From positions 384,001-448,000 of the forward strand of contig CBDCVR010000015.1 in assembly GCA_965223155.1 (NCBI GenBank): 64,000 nucleotides of DNA, written 5' to 3'. Below, piece by piece: positions 45,874 to 55,056 of this stretch (the first letter of the stretch is position 1; every line of letters starts with the position of its first letter). The notes beneath the pieces are model-generated. The model had not been told where the DNA came from. It searched no databases and saw nothing but the letters and a program-made list of their open reading frames with translations. The DNA comes from Candidatus Multivoradales bacterium. GTDB taxonomy: Bacteria > Acidobacteriota > Thermoanaerobaculia > Multivoradales > JAHEKO01. Made by a program: the position numbers and the translations under genes.

Positions 45874-46965
45874 ATGGATAGAGCGTTCTGGCAAGGCCGC
45901 CGCGTCGTGCTGACTGGCCACACCGGATTCAAGGGCAGCTGGCTGGCCCTGTGGCTGGCAGAGCTGGGCGCCGAGGTCACCGGCTATTCGCTCGAACCGC
46001 CCTCCGAACCGAACCTCTTCGAGGAAGCCGGCGTTGCCGGACGCATCGCCGAGTCGATCCACGGCGACGTGCGCGAACTGGACGGCGTCGCCCGGACCCT
46101 GGAGCGGGCGCGGCCGCAGACGATCTTCCATCTGGCGGCGCAGTCCCTGGTCCGGCGGGGATACGCCGACCCTCTCGAAACCTATTCGACCAACGTCCTG
46201 GGCACGGCGGTCGTCCTGGAAGCCGGCCGCCAGGTCCCAGAGCTCGAGTCCGTCGTCGTCGTCACCAGCGACAAGTGCTACGACAATCTCGAGACCTCGC
46301 GCGGATACCGTGAAACCGACGCCCTTGGGGGGCGAGATCCCTACTCCGGCAGCAAGGGCGCGGCCGAGATCGTCACCGCGGCCTACCGTGCGTCCTTCTT
46401 CTCAGGGCCGTCGAGCTCCGTCCCTTCACCGGCCGCCGGAGCCGGTCTGGCCAGCGTCCGAGCCGGCAACGTCCTGGGCGGCGGCGACTGGGCGGAGGAT
46501 CGGCTCGTGCCCGACCTCTTGCGGGGCTTCGCCGCCGGCGCGCCGGTGCCGATCCGCAATCCGGCGGCGATCCGGCCATGGCAGCACGTGCTCGAGCCGC
46601 TGAGCGGCTATCTCGAAGTGGCCGAGCGGGCCGCGGCCGAGCCCCAGGTGGGCGCCCAAGCCTGGAACTTCGGTCCGGACGCCGAGGATGAACGGCCGGT
46701 CCGCTGGGTGGCTGAGCGCCTAGTCGCCGCCTGGGGAGAGGGCGCGGCTTGGCGGCACGACGGCGGCGAGCATCCCCACGAGGCCGGCTACCTCAAGCTG
46801 GACTCCACCAAGGCCCGCGCCGAGCTGGGCTGGCGGCCCAGGCTGCCCCTGCCCGAGGCCCTAGGCTGGGTGGTCGACTGGCACCGCTCGATAGCGGCCG
46901 GCGCCGATGCCGCCGAGCTGACGGTGGCTCAGATCCGAGACTTCGAGAAGCGGATGGCCTCGTGA
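45874..46965 (+). CDS. rfbG: CDP-glucose 4,6-dehydratase
   Basis: FWQGRRVVLTGHTGFKGSWL, FHLAAQSLV, TSDKCY, DPYSGSK, RAGNVLGGGDW, RPWQHVLEPL. Confidence 0.95.
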   Translation: MDRAFWQGRRVVLTGHTGFKGSWLALWLAELGAEVTGYSLEPPSEPNLFEEAGVAGRIAESIHGDVRELDGVARTLERARPQTIFHLAAQSLVRRGYADPLETYSTNVLGTAVVLEAGRQVPELESVVVVTSDKCYDNLETSRGYRETDALGGRDPYSGSKGAAEIVTAAYRASFFSGPSSSVPSPAAGAGLASVRAGNVLGGGDWAEDRLVPDLLRGFAAGAPVPIRNPAAIRPWQHVLEPLSGYLEVAERAAAEPQVGAQAWNFGPDAEDERPVRWVAERLVAAWGEGAAWRHDGGEHPHEAGYLKLDSTKARAELGWRPRLPLPEALGWVVDWHRSIAAGADAAELTVAQIRDFEKRMAS

Positions 46966-48233
46966 GCGGCCTTTCTTGCCGGTTCTGCGGCGCGAACGTG
47001 ACCCGCACGTTCCTGGACCTCGGAAGCTCGCCGCTCGCCAACAGTTACGTCTCTCCCGAGAGCGCGGGTGAACCTGACCGCTTCTACCCGCTCCACGTCT
47101 CGATCTGCGACCGCTGTCTCCTGGTGCAGCTGCCGGAGTTCGAGAGTCCGGCCGAGATCTTCGGCGACTACGCCTACTTCTCGTCCTACTCGCCTTCGTG
47201 GGTCGCCCACGCCCAGCGCTACGTCGAAGACATGACCGAACGCTTCGGGCTCCGGGCCGACTCCCAGGTGGTGGAGGTGGCCTCGAATGACGGCTATCTC
47301 TTGCAGTTCTTTCGCCAGGGCGGGATCCCGGTCCTGGGCATCGAGCCAGCGGCCAACGTTGCCGAAGTGGCCGAGGCCTCGGGAATTCCCACAATGGTTC
47401 GTTTCTTCGGTGAGGAGCTGGCCGGGGAGCTGGCCGACCAGGGCCGGCGCGCCGATCTCTTGCTCGGAAACAACGTCCTCGCCCACGTACCGGACCTCAA
47501 CGACTTCGTGCGCGGGCTTGCGACCCTGCTCGCCCCGGAAGGCGTCATCACCATGGAGTTCCCGCACGTCCTGAGGATGATCGAGGGCAACCAGTTCGAC
47601 ACCATCTACCACGAGCACTTCTCCTACTTCTCCCTCGGCACCGTGCGCCGCGTCTTCGAGGCTCACGGCTTGCGCGTCTTCGACGTCACCGAGCTGCCGA
47701 CCCATGGTGGATCGCTCCGGGTATTCGCCTGCCATCGGGACGCGTGCGGCCACGACACAGTCGACTCGGTCGAACGGGTGCTAAGCGCCGAAGCCGAACG
47801 GAGCCTCGATCGTGTCGATGGATACGCAGGGTTCGCCGCGAGCGTCGAAGCCACGCGGACTGCGCTCGCGGCCTTTCTGGAGCGACTCGAGAGCGAGGGT
47901 CACACGATCGCCGGCTACGGAGCGCCGGCCAAGGGCAACACGCTTCTCAACTACTGCGGTATCGGGCCAGACGTCCTGCCCTACACGGTGGATAAGAACC
48001 CGCACAAGCAAGACACGCTCTTGCCCGGAAGCCGGATCCCGATCTTCACTCCGGAGCGGATTTTCGAGACGCGCCCGGACTACGTCTTCATCCTGCCCTG
48101 GAACATCCGCGACGAGATCCTGGGCGAGATGGCGCCGATCGCGGCCTGGGGCGGACGTTTCTTCGTCGCGATCCCCGAGATCCAGATCGCCGTGCCCGGG
48201 TCAGCCCGGTTCGTCCCCGTCCGAAGCCTCTGA
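46962..48233 (+). CDS. NDP-hexose C-methyltransferase (Zn-binding N-terminus, SAM domain, C-methyltransferase C-terminus)
   Basis: CRFC...CDRC, EVASNDGYLL, NNVLAHVPD, FDTIYHEHFSYF, THGGSLR, GYGAPAKGNTLLNY, ILPWN. Confidence 0.92.
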   Translation: MSGLSCRFCGANVTRTFLDLGSSPLANSYVSPESAGEPDRFYPLHVSICDRCLLVQLPEFESPAEIFGDYAYFSSYSPSWVAHAQRYVEDMTERFGLRADSQVVEVASNDGYLLQFFRQGGIPVLGIEPAANVAEVAEASGIPTMVRFFGEELAGELADQGRRADLLLGNNVLAHVPDLNDFVRGLATLLAPEGVITMEFPHVLRMIEGNQFDTIYHEHFSYFSLGTVRRVFEAHGLRVFDVTELPTHGGSLRVFACHRDACGHDTVDSVERVLSAEAERSLDRVDGYAGFAASVEATRTALAAFLERLESEGHTIAGYGAPAKGNTLLNYCGIGPDVLPYTVDKNPHKQDTLLPGSRIPIFTPERIFETRPDYVFILPWNIRDEILGEMAPIAAWGGRFFVAIPEIQIAVPGSARFVPVRSL

Positions 48234-48788
48234 CGGGATCGCCGGTCCGTCCTCCGCCCGGTAGGTCGAACGGCGCAGCACCCGCTTCCTGGCTTCGCTG
48301 ATGACCCTGGTGTCGTGCTCGACGTCTTCGGTGATCGTGGTGTTGGTTCCGATGACCGCCCGATCCCCGACCTGGATCCGGCCGATGAGCGAAGCTCCGG
48401 CGCCGATTGTGACGTCGTCACCGACGTCGGGCATGTCCTCCAGGCGTTGGGCGTCGGGAGCCCCCAGGGTCACCTGATGGAGAAGAATTGCGCGGGCTCC
48501 GATCCGTGTGTGGCTTCCGACCACGAGGCCGGTGCCGTGGCTGATGATGAGACCGGGCCCGATGCTGGCGCCGGGAGCGATGTCAGCGCCGGTCAGAAAC
48601 AGACCCCAGCGGGCCAGAAGCGCGGGCAGAATCGGAACTCCGGCGCGCTTGCACGCGCTCGCCATCCGGTAGAACACTACCGCCTGGTAGCCGTTGTCGA
48701 AGAGTAGCGCCTCGAGGACGTACCAGGGAAATCGGGTGGTCCGGTTGAGCCGCAGACGGCGCGTGTCGGCGGTGAGGTTCGGAAACAT
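48201..48788 (-). CDS. Serine O-acetyltransferase-like hexapeptide acyltransferase
   Basis: TGADIAPGASIGPGLIISHGTGLVVG, HQVTLG, PDVGDDVTIGAGA. TAGGAT-6 nt-ATG upstream suggests a leaderless mRNA. Confidence 0.85.
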   Translation of the reverse strand: MFPNLTADTRRLRLNRTTRFPWYVLEALLFDNGYQAVVFYRMASACKRAGVPILPALLARWGLFLTGADIAPGASIGPGLIISHGTGLVVGSHTRIGARAILLHQVTLGAPDAQRLEDMPDVGDDVTIGAGASLIGRIQVGDRAVIGTNTTITEDVEHDTRVISEARKRVLRRSTYRAEDGPAIPSEASDGDEPG

Positions 48789-48805
48789 CGCCCGATCCTA
48801 CTGTG

Positions 48806-49711
48806 TTATCGGAGCTGCGGAAGTTTCGGAGGTGGTTCGAGTCGGGCGAAGATACCGCCCAAGGCTCCGACCGCTTCCGCCAGCAGCAGCCGGCGGCCCC
48901 GGAGCGCCTCGACCCCGCCGACCCCAAGGCGAGCGAATGTCCCCAGCACCAAGCGTATCCAGGCCAGGAGATCGCCGTGGCGGCGGGTTAGGAGCGCGGC
49001 GGAACGACCCGCCGAGCGCATCCGCTCCGGCCGCTCCACCGGGCCCGACGTCACGATCCGCCAAGCTGCGGCTTTGCCGACCGCGTAGCATGCGAGACCG
49101 GCCTGGGAGGCTCGCAAGCACCAGTCCACGTCCTCATAGCGGTCGAGCTGCCGGTCGAACAGACCCACCCTGCGTAGCGCCCACGTCGGCAGCAGCATGG
49201 CGGCCCCGCTCAAGCAATCGACGCGATCCTCGCCTTCGAAGCTCCCGGCATCGGTGCTCCCGGCTCCGCGCCACGTGACCGGACGCGATCCAAGGGCAGC
49301 CCTCCCTCCCACCGAGAGCAGGCGATCGCGGTGCCAGTAGTCGTGGATCTTGGGCCCCAGCGCCGCCCCGTCCGGATGCCGGGCCGCCGCCGCCAGCAGA
49401 TCGCGCAACAGCCAGGAGTCCGGCTCGACATCCTGATGCAAGCACAGAGCGTGAGTCCACTTTCCCTTCAAGACCTCCCGCAGTCCCGCGTTCAAGCCGC
49501 CGGCCACGCCGGCGTTGGATCGTGTCCTGATGAGGCGCGCGTCCGGAAACTCATGGCGCACCGCGTCCGAGGTGCCATCCGTCGAACCGTTGTCGACGAC
49601 GAACAGGCCGAAGGAGACCTCCCGCATGGCCATCGCCTTCTCCAGACAGACGAGAACCACCTCCCGGCCTTCAAAGGTCGGGACCACGACGGCAATGCGA
49701 GGTGCCTTCAT
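48806..49711 (-). CDS. Glycosyltransferase family 2
   Basis: IAVVVPTF, VVDNGSTDGT, NAGVAGGLN, LSGAAML, VGLFD..YEDVDWCLRA. Start re-called to ATG 49711. Confidence 0.87.
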   Translation of the reverse strand: MKAPRIAVVVPTFEGREVVLVCLEKAMAMREVSFGLFVVDNGSTDGTSDAVRHEFPDARLIRTRSNAGVAGGLNAGLREVLKGKWTHALCLHQDVEPDSWLLRDLLAAAARHPDGAALGPKIHDYWHRDRLLSVGGRAALGSRPVTWRGAGSTDAGSFEGEDRVDCLSGAAMLLPTWALRRVGLFDRQLDRYEDVDWCLRASQAGLACYAVGKAAAWRIVTSGPVERPERMRSAGRSAALLTRRHGDLLAWIRLVLGTFARLGVGGVEALRGRRLLLAEAVGALGGIFARLEPPPKLPQLR

Positions 49712-49803
49712 CTTCGGCTCGATTGTGGTTTCGGCAGCGGACCGCGGCCGGCTCTGAGCAAGCAGAGACCGTTCGAGTCTTGCAGTAAACTCTGCCGGTC
49801 GCA

Positions 49804-51987
49804 ATGAGTGGAACGAAGCGTCTCGCCTTTCTCGCCGCCGCTTTGTTCCTGGTGCTTTTTACCGGCACGGTCGGCAAGCCGGGGTTGCCGCCTACGCTCA
49901 AAGCGGACGAGCCCGCCTACTTCCTGATGGCCGAAAGCCTGGTCCACGATGGCGACCTGCGGGCCGAGGATCGCGACTACCGCCGGCTCATGGAGAGCTA
50001 TCCGTATCTGCCCACCTCCAACCTCATCTTGATGAGCGACGACGGCTGGCAGACCGTCTATTTCGGCAAGCCGTTCATCTACCCGCTCCTGGGCGCTCCG
50101 TTCGTGGCCGTCTTCGGCGCCAACGGACTGGTCGTCCTCAACGCCCTGCTCTTTCTGGCCATGATCTGGCTGGGCGCCGGCTACCTCGAGCGGTTCAACC
50201 CGACGGCGCTGGCGCTCGTCTTCTCCGCGGCCTTCTTTTTCTTGAGCCCGACTTTCTCGTACGTCTTCTGGCTGCAACCCGAGATCTTGAACGCCGCCTC
50301 GGTCGCGGTGGCCTACGCGATTCTCTTGGGCCGGCCGCAGAACTCCCCGCCCTCGTTCTGGCGGATCCTGGCTTCGGCCGCCGTGCTGGCGGTGGGCGCC
50401 TACAACAAACCGGTTCTCCTGGCCTTCGGCCTGCCGCTCGCGGCGCTGCTCTTCCGGCGCGAGGGACTCCGCGGGGCCTGGAACTGGTGCGCGGCCGCCG
50501 CCGTCACCCTGGGTTTGCTGGCCGGGGGCTCATTCCTCTTGACCGGGCACCCCAGCTCGTACCTGGGGGTATCGCGCGGCGGCGTCAACGTCACCAGCCC
50601 CGAGCAGGTCGCCCATGACCTGTCCGAGCTCTCGGCCAAGCTCGAAGCCGGGTCGACCACGGCCAACTCCTGGTCGTGGGTCTTTCGCAAGCCCCCGACC
50701 ACGCTGCGCGAGATCGGTCAGAGCACCAAGTACTTCTTCATCGGCCGCCATACCGGTCTCGTCGTCTATTTCCCGTTCGCGGTGATCAGCTTCACGCTCT
50801 TTCTCCTCCACTGGCGAAGGCGGCCCGAGGGCTGGCTGACGCTCTTGGCCATCGGAGTCATCGCGGCGTTTTTCATCTGCGTCATCCCGCTCAACTGGCA
50901 CGGCGGAGGCGGCTTCATCGGCAACCGCTACTTCCTGATGGTCTACCCGGCGTTCCTCTTCCTGGTCTCGACCATCCGGCCCGCCTGGCTGATCGCCCCG
51001 GGCGCCGCCTGGGCCGGTCTCTTCCTGGGAGTCATCCTGTTTACCCCCTTTGGAGCGCCGGTGCCCGAGCCGACTCTTCAGGCCCACACCCGCTCCCGCC
51101 CCTTCCAGTTCTTCCCGCTCGAGATCACGTTGCGCAAGCGAGTCCCCGGCTACAGCGTCTTCGGCTACTCGCACCTGGCGCTCATCGGGCGCAAGGACCT
51201 CTTCCTGCCGGACCGGAAGATCGGGGGCGCGCCCCTGATCCATACCGGACAACGAATCGAAGTCGTGGTCATGACGGATCGCCCGATCACGGGGCTGTTC
51301 TTCGAGGTCATGAGCTTCACGCCCGACAACGAGGTCCGCCTGGAGCTGGCCGGAGACTCGGAGACGGTCGTGTTCGAAGGCGCCGGCCGGCGGCGCCAGC
51401 GCCGGCAGGTCGTAGAGCTCAATCCCGTCGACCCGCCACGCGAGCATCTCGAGCTCGAGAACCTCTTCTACATCTACGACATGGAAGTCGAGGCCGCCAA
51501 TGGGCGCAGAATCCACGTGCCCAAGGACTCGGCCAAGACCTACTACGCCGGCGCCCGGCTCGAGTTCCTGGGCCGGCGCGATCAGCTCGGCCGGAGCGAG
51601 CACTACCGCGCCGAATGGCTGGGCGAGGAGCTACCGCAGAGGATCGAAGCCGGCGAGCCGTTTGCGATGACCGTGCGCCTGCGCAACGACAGCAAGAGCG
51701 CCTTCGACTCGAGCGGGCCCTTGCCGGTTACGCTCCGCTACCGCTGGCGCCGTCCCGACGGCGAAGCCCTGGGCGTCGAGCACCGGCAGCGCTTCCCGGA
51801 GCCGGTCGAGCCCGGAACCGCCACCGCTCTCGAAGTCCAGGTCGCTCCGCCCCCAGGGGCCGGCGTCTACCGGCTGGAGCTGGATCTGGCGCGCGAGCAC
51901 GTCGGGCACTTCTCGGAGGTCGCGTCCGAGAAGCGCGTGCTCGAGATCCGGGTCTCGGCGCCTACTGCAGATAGCCCAGCGCCTTGA
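49804..51987 (+). CDS. GT-C-like polytopic membrane protein with C-terminal Ig-like domain
   Basis: KADEPAYFLMAESLVHDGDL, WLQPE, WHGGGGFIGNRY; C-terminal VRLRN...LRYRW...PGAGVYRLELDL. Confidence 0.75.
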   Translation: MSGTKRLAFLAAALFLVLFTGTVGKPGLPPTLKADEPAYFLMAESLVHDGDLRAEDRDYRRLMESYPYLPTSNLILMSDDGWQTVYFGKPFIYPLLGAPFVAVFGANGLVVLNALLFLAMIWLGAGYLERFNPTALALVFSAAFFFLSPTFSYVFWLQPEILNAASVAVAYAILLGRPQNSPPSFWRILASAAVLAVGAYNKPVLLAFGLPLAALLFRREGLRGAWNWCAAAAVTLGLLAGGSFLLTGHPSSYLGVSRGGVNVTSPEQVAHDLSELSAKLEAGSTTANSWSWVFRKPPTTLREIGQSTKYFFIGRHTGLVVYFPFAVISFTLFLLHWRRRPEGWLTLLAIGVIAAFFICVIPLNWHGGGGFIGNRYFLMVYPAFLFLVSTIRPAWLIAPGAAWAGLFLGVILFTPFGAPVPEPTLQAHTRSRPFQFFPLEITLRKRVPGYSVFGYSHLALIGRKDLFLPDRKIGGAPLIHTGQRIEVVVMTDRPITGLFFEVMSFTPDNEVRLELAGDSETVVFEGAGRRRQRRQVVELNPVDPPREHLELENLFYIYDMEVEAANGRRIHVPKDSAKTYYAGARLEFLGRRDQLGRSEHYRAEWLGEELPQRIEAGEPFAMTVRLRNDSKSAFDSSGPLPVTLRYRWRRPDGEALGVEHRQRFPEPVEPGTATALEVQVAPPPGAGVYRLELDLAREHVGHFSEVASEKRVLEIRVSAPTADSPAP

Positions 51988-53533
51988 GCTGCTCGCGCGT
52001 CGACTGATCCATCTCGCCGACCTCGCCCTCCACGCCGGCGATCGCGTCGAAGGGCTGATCGTACCAGCGGCCGAGCACCTGCCGCAGACTCGCCGCGACC
52101 TCGGGACGCTCGTCGAAGAGATTCCGGGTCTCGGCGGGATCCTCGACGAGGTCGAAGAGGGCAAATTGCTTGCCCACCTCACCGGCGACGATCCTCTGAG
52201 CGTGCCCCTCGGCGGCGTCAATCAGCTTGTAGCGACGATCGCGAACGACACGCTGCCACAGGTGCTGGCGCCCGTAGCCGGCTTCCGAGAAAGCGTACGC
52301 CGGGCGGGTGGGGTCCAGACGCCGGCCCACGAGGCGTCCGGCGAGCGACCGACCCTGCATCCAGCGGCCGCCGTCCAGCTCGACCCCGGCGAACTCGAGT
52401 AGCGTCGGCGCCAAGTCGATGAGCTGGACCGGATCCGGATCCACGCCGGCGGCGATACGGCCCGGGAAATGAACGATGAAGGGAACCCGCAGGCAGGTTT
52501 GAAAAGCGAACCGGCCGTGGTCGAAGTAGTACCCGTGCTCGCCCAGCGACTCGCCGTGATCCGAGGTCACCACGGTCACGACGTTCTCCAGCAGTCCCCG
52601 TCCACGCATGGTGTCGAGGAGCTTGCCGATCTCGGCGTCGGCATAGGCGATCTCGGCGTCGTAGCGAGCCAGATAGAAGGCCAAGTCATCCCGTCCGTCT
52701 TCGGCTTGCTCGGTGCCGATACCGCCCATCTCCCGCCGCTCCCGCGTGGCATCGACCAAGACCTTCTGGGACGGGTCGAAGTGCTCGTCGTCCTGGAACC
52801 GGTCCCGGTAGGCTGGCGGCGGCCGGTAGGGCGCGTGCGGATCCAGGTAATGGACCCAGAAGAAGTAGGGTCGCCGGCGGCCGTTCTCGCCGGATCCGTC
52901 TCCGACGATCCGGTCCAGGAGTCCGGTGGCCCAGGCGGTCACCGCGGCGGCGCCGTTGGCATCGCCTCCGGGTTCGGGTGGGTCCCGCTTCCAGGTCTCG
53001 ACGTAGCTCTCAAAGCCCTGATCGAACTGAAAGTCGGCGCCCAGGGCGCCGTTCGAGACCACAGCGTGGGTCTGGTACCCGCGGGCCGCCATCTCCTCGG
53101 CGAGCAGGTGAAAGTCGTTCGGGACCTGGATGCCGACCTTGCGCACGATGCCGTTGTTCTTGGGATAGGTCGCGGTCAGCATCGAAGCGAACGAGGGACC
53201 GGTCTTGGGCCACTGCACCGCGGCCTGGTCGAATCGAACGCCCTCGGCGGCCAAGCGGTCGAGCACCGGAGAGGTGGCCCGCGGGTAGCCATAGCTCGAC
53301 AGATGATCGGCGCGCAGGGTGTCGATGGTCAGAAACAGAATGTCCGGCCGCGACGGTTCGTCTTCCGAGGTGCAGGCCCCGGCCGCCGCCAGCAGGGCCA
53401 CGACCGCGATCGAGCCGGCGGCGGTGGCCGTCCACCGGCCAAGGTGGGAGGGTCCGCCTCCCGGCCGGGAGTTCGACACCTCGGCATGCCGGTCGGAAGC
53501 CGAAGAGCGTGCTTTTCGGATGGGTCGTCTCAT
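51962..53533 (-). CDS. Sulfatase/alkaline-phosphatase-superfamily lipoprotein
   Basis: Lipobox AGA-C, DILFLTIDTLRADHL, WPKTGPSFAS, HYLDPHAPY, YDAEI, TSDHGE, LFDLVEDPAE, LKALGY. Start is ATG 53533 or GTG 53554. Confidence 0.9.
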   Translation of the reverse strand: MRRPIRKARSSASDRHAEVSNSRPGGGPSHLGRWTATAAGSIAVVALLAAAGACTSEDEPSRPDILFLTIDTLRADHLSSYGYPRATSPVLDRLAAEGVRFDQAAVQWPKTGPSFASMLTATYPKNNGIVRKVGIQVPNDFHLLAEEMAARGYQTHAVVSNGALGADFQFDQGFESYVETWKRDPPEPGGDANGAAAVTAWATGLLDRIVGDGSGENGRRRPYFFWVHYLDPHAPYRPPPAYRDRFQDDEHFDPSQKVLVDATRERREMGGIGTEQAEDGRDDLAFYLARYDAEIAYADAEIGKLLDTMRGRGLLENVVTVVTSDHGESLGEHGYYFDHGRFAFQTCLRVPFIVHFPGRIAAGVDPDPVQLIDLAPTLLEFAGVELDGGRWMQGRSLAGRLVGRRLDPTRPAYAFSEAGYGRQHLWQRVVRDRRYKLIDAAEGHAQRIVAGEVGKQFALFDLVEDPAETRNLFDERPEVAASLRQVLGRWYDQPFDAIAGVEGEVGEMDQSTREQLKALGYLQ

Positions 53534-53734
53534 GCCGCGCGTTCCGCGAGGCACGCATGATATCCGGATTCCCGAGCCCGGCTCGGCGCTTCGCGGATCC
53601 GGGATTCAGGCCCGCGACTCACTCGCGATTGGGCCTGTACAATCGGCGCTACCGGGCGCGAGCCCGGTTCATCACCCGAATCGCACAACTGGCCGGAGGG
53701 CGCCGCCAGCGCCGTCCGACCGCAAAGGAGCGCA

Positions 53735-54544
53735 ATGGCTGCAAATACCAACCCGGCGGAGCTGCCGGTCGTCATTCTGTGCGGCGGCAAGGGCACCCGG
53801 CTGCGCGAGGAAACCGAGGTCAAGCCCAAGCCGATGGTCGAGATCGGCGGCATGCCCATCCTCTGGCACATCATGAAGATCTACGGCCACTACGAGGTCG
53901 AGAGGTTCCTGCTCTGCCTGGGCTACAAGGGCTGGGCCATCAAGCAGTACTTCCTGCGCTACCACGAGATGATGCGGGATTTCACGATCTCGATGGGCGA
54001 TCCCGAGCACCCCGAGTTCCACAACCGGCGCGGGCAAGAGCGCTGGCGCGTGACCTGCGCCGAGACCGGCGAGGAGACCGGCACCGGCGGCCGGCTGTGG
54101 CGGGTACGCGACTACATCGACACCGACACTTTCTTTTTCACCTACGGCGACGCCGTCGGCAACGTGGACATCAACCGGCTGCTCGCCTACCACCACGAGC
54201 AAGGCCGGGTGGCGACGGTCACCGGCATTCACCCGACGTCACGGTACGGCGAGATGGAGGTCCACGACGGAATCGCGGTCGAGTTCAACGAGAAGCCCAC
54301 GGTCTCGGAAGGCCTCGTCAGCGGCGGCTACTTCGTCTTTCAACGTGAGGTGTTCGACTATCTCTCGGAGGATCCCGAGCTGCTGCTGGAGTTCGAGCCG
54401 CTCCAGACGCTGGCGCGCGACGGCCAGCTCGCGGTGTACGCCCACGGTGGCTACTGGGAGCCCATGGACACGTATCGCGACTACCTGCACCTCAACCGCA
54501 CCTGGCGGGACGGGAATCCCGAATGGAAGATCTGGAGCGACTAG
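53735..54544 (+). CDS. rfbF: Glucose-1-phosphate cytidylyltransferase
   Basis: VILCGGKGTRLREET, KPKPMVEIG, LWHIMKIY, TGGRL, TYGD, FNEKP, WEPMDT. Confidence 0.94.
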   Translation: MAANTNPAELPVVILCGGKGTRLREETEVKPKPMVEIGGMPILWHIMKIYGHYEVERFLLCLGYKGWAIKQYFLRYHEMMRDFTISMGDPEHPEFHNRRGQERWRVTCAETGEETGTGGRLWRVRDYIDTDTFFFTYGDAVGNVDINRLLAYHHEQGRVATVTGIHPTSRYGEMEVHDGIAVEFNEKPTVSEGLVSGGYFVFQREVFDYLSEDPELLLEFEPLQTLARDGQLAVYAHGGYWEPMDTYRDYLHLNRTWRDGNPEWKIWSD

Positions 54545-54555
54545 TCGGCTAGCTG

Positions 54556-55056
54556 CTAGCGCCGGAAGGTGGCGACGAGCACGACCGAATTGCTTCCCGG
54601 GTTCCGATCGTAAAGGCCCGCGTTCGACAGGTGGTAGAAGAGCAGCCCCAACCGCAGTCGCTCGCTGGCCTCGAAGGCAAGCTCGATGCTGCTCCGGAAC
54701 TCGACCAGCCCGCCCAGGTCCTTGCCGTCGCCCCGCTCCCACAAGCCGACGGCGAACCCCGGACGCACGTGCCACCGCCCTCGAAGCCAATCGTAGGCGG
54801 TGCCCGCATAGGCCCAATAGGCGCCGTCGTCGGTACCCGCCAACCCGCCCACCCACTCGAGCGGCCAACCCAGGGGCGGCCGGCTCATCGGCAGGCGCAC
54901 CTCGAAGCCGGCCTCTCCGGCTTCATGATTCCGGTCGAGATCGAACTGGCCGGCGTAGACCGCCCAATCGGCCCCGGCCGCGGGTACCGGAAGCGCAACG
55001 AAGAGGCCGGCGGCGACACCCAGAGCACGAACGGTAGCGGTCCATGACGCGGGCAT
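54556..55056 (-). CDS. pagL: Lipid A 3-O-deacylase / acyloxyacyl hydrolase (PagL family)
   Basis: Signal peptide, GKDLGGLVEFRS, YHLSNAGLYDRNPG (H-x-S-N). Start ATG 55056 is preceded by TATGAT-6 nt. Confidence 0.82.
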   Translation of the reverse strand: MPASWTATVRALGVAAGLFVALPVPAAGADWAVYAGQFDLDRNHEAGEAGFEVRLPMSRPPLGWPLEWVGGLAGTDDGAYWAYAGTAYDWLRGRWHVRPGFAVGLWERGDGKDLGGLVEFRSSIELAFEASERLRLGLLFYHLSNAGLYDRNPGSNSVVLVATFRR

